Shown: positions 19,680 through 27,947 of the stretch, piece after piece | Layout: each line of letters starts with the position of its first letter | How positions within the stretch are numbered: the first letter of the stretch is position 1 | Assembly: GCA_910577795.1 (NCBI GenBank) | Contig: CAJTNW010000001.1 | Span: 20,752 to 84,751 of the forward strand | DNA length: 64,000 bases | Direction: 5' to 3' | Source of the DNA: an uncultured Christensenella sp. | Lineage (GTDB): Bacteria; Bacillota; Clostridia; Christensenellales; UBA3700 | Notes under the pieces: generated by a model | What the model saw: only the letters and a program-made list of their open reading frames with translations | Databases searched by the model: none | What the model was told of the DNA's origin: nothing | Made by a program: the position numbers and the translations under genes

Positions 19680-21485
19680 TTATTCAGCAGTTTCTTCAGT
19701 TTTCTCTTCCACTACGTCAGTTTTGTCTTCGGTAACAACTTCTTCTGCAGTTTCCTCAGCCTTAACTTCTGCCTCTTCTTCAACAACTGGAGTTTCCTCT
19801 ACTACTTCCTCAGTTTTCGCCTCAAGAGCCTCTTGAGTATCTACTGGCATAACAACTGGCTCTACTTCTACTGCTTGAGTATCATTAGCAGCATTTTCAA
19901 CTACCTCAGTATTTTCTGCACCTTCAGCAGTAACTTCTGTCTCCAAAGTCATTGCGCTATCGTCCCCATTACCAAGACGTTTTGCGTTTAGTTCGTCAAG
20001 TATTCTTGTGTGCTCTTTGTCAGTAAGTTCATACTTAAGCATTGGGATAATTGACAATACCATACCAATTGCAGGAGGGATAGATACTAGGAAGAACATA
20101 ATCATAGCAAAAGTTCTATATTCTTCAGCAAAAGTAACAAGACCAGAGTTTAGTGCTGAGTTCATACTAGTAATAGCATCTGTCTCATAACCAACTATCA
20201 TATAGCAAAGACCTTGTATCATAACAGCAATACCTGCTGCAAGTTTTGTAAGGAATGACTGACCAGAGAAGAATACACCATCTGGACGAGTGCCGTTTTT
20301 GTGCTCTTCGTAGTCTACGCAGTCTGCTATCATCATTGACTGCAATACCATAATAAATCCTACACCAGCACTTGCAAGTAAGAAAGCAATTGCAAGTAAA
20401 ATAATAGGAACACCACCCAAAGTAGTTGGGAATATTAAATATAGTACAAATATTAATGCAAACGCAACACCAGAAACAATGTTCATCACATTAAATATAG
20501 TCTTTTTCTCAAACTTTTTGCAAAGGATAGGAGTTAAAGCCATAGCGCCAAATTGACCGCCAAATACACCAATAGCAATAGGACCATATTGTAACAAGAT
20601 ATTTTTAACAAAATCTGCAGTTGCACCATTGTTACCAAAATACATTGTCATAAGTGGCATTGCTAGGATAAGCAACAATTGGAATGGACTTCTAATAATA
20701 CCAGAAATTAAAATTCTGCGGAAAGGTTTGTTACCCCACATAATTTTAAAGTTATCAATGATACCTCTCTTCTTTTCCTCTTCGCAGTCCACTCTTTCTT
20801 TTGCAAGTGCTGCACATTGGAATAGAATTGTACCAATAATAGCAAGTACGATAGCAACTATAATAAATGCTAATTGCAAGTTTTTAGCAACTTTATCAGA
20901 ACCACCAGGTAGCATATTTGCCAAAGCCTGAGCAATTGGAACCATGATAAATCCTAAAGCACCACCAATACCCGCAACCATTCTTGCAAGTGATAAAAGA
21001 TTAGTACGTTTAGACTCATGTGCTGTCATACGAGATGCAATACCCCAAAGAGGAATATCCGCTGCAGTATACAACATACCCCAAAGGATATACGAAATAC
21101 CTGCCCAAGCAATTATCATAACATTAGCACCAACACTGTTTGATTTACTATAAATACCATTAGCAAAACATAGTATAGTACCTATCATAATAATGACTGG
21201 CATAAAAATCAAATACGGTCTGCACTTACCCCACTTGCTTTTTGTTTTATCTACGAAAGTACCCATCATTGGGTCATTAATTGCGTCCCATACACGTGCT
21301 ATTGCCATAATAACAGAAATAGCCATTGCAGGAAGAGCAATAACATTGCTGAAATAGAATGCTAAGCCAGAACTAATAATACCATAAATGATATTCTGAC
21401 CAGCCATACCAATTAAGTAGCCATTGCGCTCTTTCGCAGTATAAGAAAGAGGGTCATTTTCTACTTTTTTTCTTACTTTTGCCAT
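19680..21485 (-). CDS. glycoside-pentoside-hexuronide (GPH) family cation symporter with ~110-aa acidic C-terminal tail
   Basis: The GPH signature region is ARVWDAINDPMMGTFVDKTKSKWGKCRPYL, with about 12 TM helices. The tail is E/V/T-rich low complexity. Confidence 0.8.
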   Translation of the reverse strand: MAKVRKKVENDPLSYTAKERNGYLIGMAGQNIIYGIISSGLAFYFSNVIALPAMAISVIMAIARVWDAINDPMMGTFVDKTKSKWGKCRPYLIFMPVIIMIGTILCFANGIYSKSNSVGANVMIIAWAGISYILWGMLYTAADIPLWGIASRMTAHESKRTNLLSLARMVAGIGGALGFIMVPIAQALANMLPGGSDKVAKNLQLAFIIVAIVLAIIGTILFQCAALAKERVDCEEEKKRGIIDNFKIMWGNKPFRRILISGIIRSPFQLLLILAMPLMTMYFGNNGATADFVKNILLQYGPIAIGVFGGQFGAMALTPILCKKFEKKTIFNVMNIVSGVAFALIFVLYLIFPTTLGGVPIILLAIAFLLASAGVGFIMVLQSMMIADCVDYEEHKNGTRPDGVFFSGQSFLTKLAAGIAVMIQGLCYMIVGYETDAITSMNSALNSGLVTFAEEYRTFAMIMFFLVSIPPAIGMVLSIIPMLKYELTDKEHTRILDELNAKRLGNGDDSAMTLETEVTAEGAENTEVVENAANDTQAVEVEPVVMPVDTQEALEAKTEEVVEETPVVEEEAEVKAEETAEEVVTEDKTDVVEEKTEETAE

Positions 21486-21800
21486 AACTTCACCCTTTAA
21501 CCTTATTATAATTTAAAAAGTTGATATTAATCTAAATCTTTAAAAAATTACAAAGTAAGTATATCATATATTTTATTTATATTCAATATTTTTTTTAAAA
21601 TTAAACATACATTTTACACAATTTTTTTTATTACCATAAATTATAGCCAGTTTGTTTCTTTAATTTTTAAATATGTTACCTTTCTACCATTTTTTACCAT
21701 AGCCATACCTTGCTTATTGATAAACCAAAGTATTGACTTTTTTAATAAACTTTGTTATATTTATTATACTCAAAAACAATTAAATTAAAAAAGGATTATT

Positions 21801-22244
21801 ATGTTACCCCTAAACGAATTACACAAAATTTTAACAGACAATAATATAAATGTATCTGAATTTACACCACAAAATATTTGCAAAATTTATGGCAGCAACT
21901 TGAATAACGAAAAAGTATTATCCCTTTTGCAAGAAATGGTGCTTGCAGTAATAGACTTTGATACTCCGCTTTATGACATATTGGCATACGCAGACGATTT
22001 TGAAAAAGATTTGAATTTGGAAGAAGGCACAACTTTTGTTTGTGATATATTGTATATAGTAATATCTAATATGTTAGTATGTAAGGAAAATGCAGACCGC
22101 CTTATGGACTTGATAGAAGATGCCGACATTTTGGACGCATACAATGCACTAATGCAAGATTACAAACAATTTTTATCCGAAAAGCAAATAAACTTGCTAA
22201 AGGAACTTGCAAAAAACACTTTTGATAGTGCTGTTTTGGTGTGA
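21801..22244 (+). CDS. hypothetical acidic protein (147 aa)
   Basis: A clean ORF preceded by AAAGGA. I recognise no motif. It converges on the PP2C-like gene with only 2 nt between the stop codons. Confidence 0.5.
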   Translation: MLPLNELHKILTDNNINVSEFTPQNICKIYGSNLNNEKVLSLLQEMVLAVIDFDTPLYDILAYADDFEKDLNLEEGTTFVCDILYIVISNMLVCKENADRLMDLIEDADILDAYNALMQDYKQFLSEKQINLLKELAKNTFDSAVLV

Positions 22245-22246
22245 TA

Positions 22247-23050
22247 TTAGACTATAAATCGCAAATAAGTTCTGTCATCAAAAGATATATCACCTATCTT
22301 AACACCCTTAGTACTACATAATTCGCTTATACATAAAATATCTTTTTTTAATAACTTTTTTAATTTTTCTTCACTTTTTTCTAAAGTGTTTTCTATGACG
22401 GGATAACCATCACTACACATGATTATTTCGTCTTTTTTCTTTATCTTTTCTATTTTAATAAAACTTTCAATAATGTCCGTTCCATTAATACAAGGATAAC
22501 CATTTTGATTGTTAAAATTTGCAAAGTTGTTTGCTTGATTTATTAAATCATTTATTATTGCTTGCCTACCAATATCATTTTGTCTAATTTCACTTATAGA
22601 AACACCATTATTAAGAGCATTTTTAATAATTTCTGCCCTTTTTTGTGATAAAACTTTATCTGCATTTTTTATAATTTTATATGTTTTCCCATTAACTGAA
22701 TATGCACAGTCGCCATACAAAATAATTTCTTCTCTTTGCAAATTGCAAATCAATATTGAAGCCGCTGGAGTATCAAGATTTTTAATATCTAAACTTTTAA
22801 CACTTTCTTTGAGAAAGTTATTAATAAATGTTAAAATTTCTATTGGAGTGTCTTTGGGATTAACCTTTTTTAAGGCTTCTTTTATTTTTTGCATTGCAAA
22901 TCTTCCGCTAGAGATTCCTTGTATATTTCCACTTTTTTTTGATGTTGCCCCATCAATTACCGCTACAAAGGAATTATCAATATAATAGCCATCTTCATTT
23001 GCTTGTTCCATACCAGTTTTAGCAATTGTAAAACTTTCAATTAATTTCAT
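22247..23050 (-). CDS. PP2C-fold (PP2C_2-like) putative phosphatase
   Basis: Spacing of NEDGYYIDNSFVAVIDGATS, ..ILYGDCAYSV.. and ..EIIMCSDGY.. matches the metal-binding Asp motifs of the PP2C fold, although the usual DG-x-GG is DGATS here. Its ATG overlaps the upstream gene's stop as ATGA. Confidence 0.5.
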   Translation of the reverse strand: MKLIESFTIAKTGMEQANEDGYYIDNSFVAVIDGATSKKSGNIQGISSGRFAMQKIKEALKKVNPKDTPIEILTFINNFLKESVKSLDIKNLDTPAASILICNLQREEIILYGDCAYSVNGKTYKIIKNADKVLSQKRAEIIKNALNNGVSISEIRQNDIGRQAIINDLINQANNFANFNNQNGYPCINGTDIIESFIKIEKIKKKDEIIMCSDGYPVIENTLEKSEEKLKKLLKKDILCISELCSTKGVKIGDISFDDRTYLRFIV

Positions 23051-24399
23051 ACAATATCCCCATTATTTAAATAATTAATAAACAAAGCCAAAGTTCCAGT
23101 AGAGGTAGGAACAGACTTATAAAACTTGCCTTTTATAGTCATTCCATCAGGTGATATATATATTTCTTTTAACTCCTCTTTTTTTATAAAAAATATTTTA
23201 TATCCATCTACTTTATAACCTAAATCCGTTTTCTCAAACATTCTTTGCATTTTAGAAACACCTTTTAAATATGCTTGTTTCAATTCATTACTTGTCACAT
23301 TTATTTTTGTATAAAAGAATAACTGAGGCTTACCGCCTTCAACCAATTCTCTATAAAAGCCTAAAACACTATTAAAAGATAATTCTGAAAAAATTTCACT
23401 TTCCTTTTGATTATAATTTTCTAATTTTTCAAGTCTAAGTTCGTCTTTAATTTCATTTTTAATTGCATTAACAATTCCTTGTTTAGTCAATTCTAATTTT
23501 TCATTTAACGCGTATTTACTTTTAAGTGATGCCCCAACACTTGTTTGCATAGTGTTTTTTGCTATGGAAACTTTTTTATGCCTAAAAACAAAAACAATAT
23601 GCCCATCTATTGTTTCAATAAAACCATTAAATCCAATATGATTTGATAATTTAGACTCCTCTAAACTTTGCAAAAATGGACCATACGCAAATAACTCTCT
23701 AATAGTTAATCCATCAACTTTAAAATCAATTGCTCGATTAGTAAGCAAAGAATTATAATAATTAGTACGCGAAAAATTAAGTTGTACTTTATTATCTTCT
23801 TGACTAATACCACAACAACGAATATTCAATTGATTATAAGTATTTGAAAAATCATGTGCTTTATATATCTCGCTAATTTTCTTTTCTACTATTTCTGGCA
23901 GTTGATAAAATTTATCTTTGTTATCAACAATATTTACTTCTTTATTAACAAAAGATACTATTTCTGTAATAGGTATTTTATATTCATCTTCTTGATTATT
24001 ATATTGCTTATAATTACATTTTGTGTTTTTTCTACCAATTTTTGAATTTTTTGAATTTATATTCCTATATGTTACAGGAGTAATCGTTGAATAAATACTC
24101 AACAACTCATTATAATCCTCTTTCAATTTTTCTTTATCTTCTTTACGCAACTTTATTGCTCTTACAATTATATTGGTTATTACATTTAAAATAAACACAG
24201 CAATAACGGCAGAAAACACTTTTAAATCAAAATAAGAATTAAAGTCGTATTTTTTAGGTAAAACTAAAGTAAGTATAATACACAAAGCAAACGCAAATAC
24301 ATTTACTAACATATAAATAAAATCTTTACTTGTAAAAAGTTTCCCTAAAATTATCTTGTTTCTCTTTTTTTGTTTTATAATTTTATAATCTTTTTCCAT
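23047..24399 (-). CDS. two-TM membrane protein with C-terminal degenerate Nudix-like domain (function unknown)
   Basis: TM helices are FIYMLVNVFAFALCIILTLVL and VFSAVIAVFILNVITNIIV. The C-terminal ..IETIDGHIVFVFRHKKV...SVGASLKS...AIKNEIKDELRL resembles a Nudix strand-loop-helix with an incomplete Nudix box. The start is ambiguous: the ATG at 24399 follows GGAGA at long spacing, and the track start at 24441 has no RBS. Confidence 0.5.
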   Translation of the reverse strand: MEKDYKIIKQKKRNKIILGKLFTSKDFIYMLVNVFAFALCIILTLVLPKKYDFNSYFDLKVFSAVIAVFILNVITNIIVRAIKLRKEDKEKLKEDYNELLSIYSTITPVTYRNINSKNSKIGRKNTKCNYKQYNNQEDEYKIPITEIVSFVNKEVNIVDNKDKFYQLPEIVEKKISEIYKAHDFSNTYNQLNIRCCGISQEDNKVQLNFSRTNYYNSLLTNRAIDFKVDGLTIRELFAYGPFLQSLEESKLSNHIGFNGFIETIDGHIVFVFRHKKVSIAKNTMQTSVGASLKSKYALNEKLELTKQGIVNAIKNEIKDELRLEKLENYNQKESEIFSELSFNSVLGFYRELVEGGKPQLFFYTKINVTSNELKQAYLKGVSKMQRMFEKTDLGYKVDGYKIFFIKKEELKEIYISPDGMTIKGKFYKSVPTSTGTLALFINYLNNGDIV

Positions 24400-24485
24400 T
24401 TTTATTAAATATCTCCAACTGATATAAATAAATAATATCATTAAATCTTTTATAAGTCAATATTGATTTATTTTTAAAACAGACA

Positions 24486-24522
24486 AAACAAAAAATACTG
24501 AGGAGTTCCTCAGTATTTTTTG
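24486..24522 (-). terminator. terminator hairpin after the XRE pseudogene
   Basis: TACTGAGGA (24496-24504) pairs with TCCTCAGTA (24507-24515), flanked by an A-run and a T-run. Confidence 0.55.
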
Positions 24523-24525
24523 TTA

Positions 24526-24767
24526 TTAATTGTAATCAACATTATTTTTATCAAAAATCTTATCGTCTAAAAATTCTTGTATTGTCATATCAAAAGCATC
24601 AACAATTTTATAAAGTGTTGTTAAGGTAATGGTTTTATTTTTTCTGCAAATATTCTATCCATTGCTCCATGTGCTATACCTGACTTTTGTTCGAGTTTAT
24701 ATTGGGTAAAATCTTTTTCATTCATTAATTTAATTATTCTACGAGCAACTGCATTATTTATTGTCAT
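24526..24767 (-). pseudogene. XRE-family HTH regulator interrupted by a -1 frameshift in a homopolymer
   Basis: AAGGTGG precedes the ATG at 24767. The reading MTINNAVARRIIKLMNEKDFTQYKLEQKSGIAHGAMDRIFAEK stops at 24621-24623. Adding one A to the A6 run (plus-strand T6 at 24638-24643) restores ..NKTITLTTLYKIVDAFDMTIQEFLDDKIF..*. The total of 242 nt is not a multiple of 3. Confidence 0.6.
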
Positions 24768-24924
24768 TAACAACCACCTTTTCATGTTTTATATAAAACA
24801 AAAAATGTTAATTGACTAAATCATAAATTATGAAACATAAAAAAATTAAATCAAATTATATGCCTTATTCTATTTATCTTTAGTCTTATTACCATTATAG
24901 CAAAAATAATTTACCAATATATAC

Positions 24925-24962
24925 CTTTAAAAAGGTGTCTTTGTAAATACACCTTTTTAAAG
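24925..24962. promoter_or_regulatory. 14-bp perfect inverted repeat (candidate operator) in the XRE/SLOG divergent region
   Basis: CTTTAAAAAGGTGT (24925-24938) and ACACCTTTTTAAAG (24949-24962) are separated by a 10-nt spacer. The repeat lies just upstream of TGgTATAAT preceding the gene at 25026. Confidence 0.4.
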
Positions 24963-25025
24963 CCGTAGTTTTAATAATACTTTTGGTATAATGTTTTTAA
25001 CACTTACATTAGGAGAAATATTTTT

Positions 25026-25484
25026 ATGTACAAGCAAATAGCACTAATTGGAAGTCCATTTATATTCCAATACAACAACATTGATGAGCAACTAAAAAAT
25101 TATTTAGAAGAAGAAATAAAAAATGGGTGTTCTCACTTTTTAGTAGGAAACCTTTATGATTTTGATAATAAAGTTTTTGAGATTTTTAGAAAATTGAAAA
25201 AAGACTATCCTCAAATACAAATAACCCAAGTAGTTAACGAATATAATGCGTATAACTACAAAGTAAAAAATTATAGCAGAGTATACGAAACAAATTACTT
25301 GTTTTTAGAATTAGAAGAAATTGATATGACTGGTAACTTATTAGAATTACACAAGTTTATGGTAGATAACTCTGATAAAATAATAAGTTGTTACAACACT
25401 GCAAATGATATTCCTTTTATGGAAATATTTAATTACGCAATATCTAATCAAAAAGAGATTATAAACTTTTTTGAATTTATTTAA
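25026..25484 (+). CDS. SLOG-fold / DUF1273 (YpsA)-like protein
   Basis: RBS AGGAGA. The pattern KQIALIGSPF...GCSHFLVGNLYDFDNKVFEIFRKLKKDYPQIQITQVV...DKIISCYN resembles the YpsA-family layout. This assignment is from memory only. Confidence 0.4.
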   Translation: MYKQIALIGSPFIFQYNNIDEQLKNYLEEEIKNGCSHFLVGNLYDFDNKVFEIFRKLKKDYPQIQITQVVNEYNAYNYKVKNYSRVYETNYLFLELEEIDMTGNLLELHKFMVDNSDKIISCYNTANDIPFMEIFNYAISNQKEIINFFEFI

Positions 25485-25709
25485 AATTGCCATCTTTGCA
25501 ATTTACTATCCATTTTTGATAGTTTTTTGCATCTTTTTAAACTCTCTACACTATACTTAAACAAGCATAGTGTAGGTTTTTTCATCAAAAATTTTCCCCT
25601 TTAAATTATAAAACCCCAACAAAAAACTTTTAAATAAATTAAATACAACTACTATTTTAGGGAACTTTTTGACATATTTTAAGTTCCCTAAAATTTATTT
25701 ATGCAAAAA

Positions 25710-25738
25710 GGCTGAGTGGCAACTCAGCCTTTTTTGTT
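25710..25738. terminator. bidirectional terminator hairpin
   Basis: GGCTGAGT (25710-25717) pairs with ACTCAGCC (25722-25729), with an A-run to the left and TTTTTTGTTTT to the right. It serves the cupin regulator gene ending at 25757. Confidence 0.6.
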
Positions 25739-25756
25739 TTATATCAGTTTTGTTTT

Positions 25757-26323
25757 TTAGTTCATAACTACGGCAATTATTTTAACGTCCTTTCCGCCAA
25801 TTGCTATTAAGCCATGTGGTTTTTCGCTATTATAATAAATTGTATCACCCGCGTTTAACTCCACAATATGTCCATCAATGCTTGCACGCATAGTACCTTC
25901 TAGCACGTAGTCCATTTCCTGCCCATTGTGCATACTTGTTTCTATTGGTTTGTTTTCCAAATCTTTATTATAAGGGATAGTAACAACAAATGGCTCTGCT
26001 TTTCTGTCACGCATATTGTATGCTAGGTGCATATAATTAAAACCATTATCACGGATAATAGGCATACCCTCACCTTTTCTTGTAACTGCAAAATGGTTAA
26101 GTTTTGCGCTATCGCCAGTAATAAGTTCTGTAATATTACAGCCTAATACATTTGCACAGTTGTACAAAAAGTTAAAAGTAAAATCTTTTTCGCCTTGTTC
26201 ATAAATCTCGTACTCTGCTATTGTGCAGTCTGTTGCTTTTGCCATTTCCTCTTCGGAAACACCCATTAAATCTCTTAAACTTTTTAGTCTTAAAGCAACC
26301 TCTTTTAAATTATAAGATAACAT
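25757..26323 (-). CDS. XRE-family transcriptional regulator with C-terminal cupin domain
   Basis: An N-terminal HTH (LRLKSLRDLMGVSEEEMAKATDCTIAEYEIYEQG) and a C-terminal cupin (G.EMDYVLEG...GDTIYYNSEKPHG). Confidence 0.8.
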   Translation of the reverse strand: MLSYNLKEVALRLKSLRDLMGVSEEEMAKATDCTIAEYEIYEQGEKDFTFNFLYNCANVLGCNITELITGDSAKLNHFAVTRKGEGMPIIRDNGFNYMHLAYNMRDRKAEPFVVTIPYNKDLENKPIETSMHNGQEMDYVLEGTMRASIDGHIVELNAGDTIYYNSEKPHGLIAIGGKDVKIIAVVMN

Positions 26324-26404
26324 ATTATACTCCTAAACAAAGGGATATTTTTTAAATTTTTATTATTTTAATACCGATTTTCAAACTATTTTTTTAATCA
26401 AAAA

Positions 26405-27946
26405 TCACTTTTTAAGCAAACTATGACCGCTCATTTCCTTTGGAATTGCAATACCCATCATCTCTAGCATAGTTGGAGCAATATCACAAAGTTTACCGCC
26501 GTCCATCAATTTGATATTTGTATTGTCATCTATTTTTATTAATGGAACAGGGTTTGTAGTATGTGCAGTAAATGGCTCTTTTGTTTGTGGGTCAAACATA
26601 TAGTCTGCATTGCCGTGGTCTGCTGTAATTAGTGCTTGACCGCCTACTTGTTTAATAGCATTTAGCACTTTTTCAACACATTCGTCAACTGCTTTTACTG
26701 CTTTTTTAGCAGCATCTAAAATACCTGTATGACCTACCATATCGCAGTTTGCAAAGTTTAAAATCATAACATCATATTTTTTTGACAATATAACTTCAAC
26801 TGCTTTGTCTGCAACCTCATAAGCACTCATTTCTGGTTTCATATCAAAAGTAGCAATTTTTGGGCTATCTATTAATATTCTATCTTCATTTGGGTTAGGT
26901 GCTTCAACACCGCCGTTAAAGAAGAAAGTAACGTGTGCGTATTTTTGAGTTTCTGCAATTCTAAATTGTTTTAAACCTTGTTTTGACAAATACTCACCCA
27001 AAGTATTATCGTAAGACTGTGGTTTGTAAGCAACGTTTAGTGCGTCATTAAAAGTAACGTCATACTGAGTCATAGATACAAAAGTTGGGGCTAAAAAGCC
27101 TTGCTTTCTTTCAAAACCAGCAAAGTCGTTATAAATAAATGAACGAGTAATCATTCTTGCTCTATCCGGACGGAAGTTAGCAAAAATTATGCTATCACCT
27201 TTGCCAACAGTTGCAACCGGTTTGCCATTGTTTTGTATAACTGTAGGAATAACAAACTCATCAGTTACACCATTATCATAACTTGCAGTAATTGCCTCCA
27301 ATGCACTATTTGCAGTATTGCCAACACCATCTACTATTGCAGAATATGCTTTGTCAACACGTTCCCAAATATTGTCTCTATCCATAGCATAAAATCTACC
27401 GCTTATTGTAGCAATTTGACCAAAATTAATTTTTTGCATATACTCTACAGTTTCTGCAATAAATTGTTTGCCACTTGTTGGTGATACATCTCTTCCGTCA
27501 AGGAAAGCATGCAAATAAACATTATCCAAACCTTGTTTTTTTGCCATTTCTATAAGTGCAAAAATGTGTGTTAAGTGGCTATGAACTCCACCATCTGACA
27601 AAAGACCAAAAATGTGCAGTTTTTTGCCATTTTTCTTTGCGTTTTGGCATGCTTTAACAAAGGCTGGATTTTCAAAAAAATCACCATCATTAATAGATTT
27701 TGTAATACGAGTAAGTTCTTGATAAACTATTCTACCCGCACCAATATTTAAGTGTCCAACTTCACTATTACCCATTTGTCCATCAGGCAAACCAACAGAC
27801 ATACCACTTGCATCTAGACTTGTAGTTGGGTATTTTTTCATTAGGTCAAGTACGTAAGGGGAAGTTTTTGTAGAAATTGCATTGTTTTCCCCTTCCTTAT
27901 TTAGTCCATAACCATCTAAAATAATTAGACCAGTAAATTTATTCAT
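26405..27946 (-). CDS. gpmI: 2,3-bisphosphoglycerate-independent phosphoglycerate mutase
   Basis: 513 aa with LIILDGYG...GNSEVGHLNIGAGR...ADHGNA. Confidence 0.95.
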   Translation of the reverse strand: MNKFTGLIILDGYGLNKEGENNAISTKTSPYVLDLMKKYPTTSLDASGMSVGLPDGQMGNSEVGHLNIGAGRIVYQELTRITKSINDGDFFENPAFVKACQNAKKNGKKLHIFGLLSDGGVHSHLTHIFALIEMAKKQGLDNVYLHAFLDGRDVSPTSGKQFIAETVEYMQKINFGQIATISGRFYAMDRDNIWERVDKAYSAIVDGVGNTANSALEAITASYDNGVTDEFVIPTVIQNNGKPVATVGKGDSIIFANFRPDRARMITRSFIYNDFAGFERKQGFLAPTFVSMTQYDVTFNDALNVAYKPQSYDNTLGEYLSKQGLKQFRIAETQKYAHVTFFFNGGVEAPNPNEDRILIDSPKIATFDMKPEMSAYEVADKAVEVILSKKYDVMILNFANCDMVGHTGILDAAKKAVKAVDECVEKVLNAIKQVGGQALITADHGNADYMFDPQTKEPFTAHTTNPVPLIKIDDNTNIKLMDGGKLCDIAPTMLEMMGIAIPKEMSGHSLLKK

Positions 27947-27947
27947 A

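Noticed and set aside
25481-25585. 34-aa minus-strand ORF (MKKPTLCLFKYSVESLKRCKKLSKMDSKLQRWQF) with an AAAGGGGA upstream.
   Set aside because: It coincides with the terminator hairpin of the SLOG-like gene (CTACACTAT...ATAGTGTAG plus T-run) and has no recognisable family. It is more likely fortuitous, though a small basic peptide cannot be excluded.
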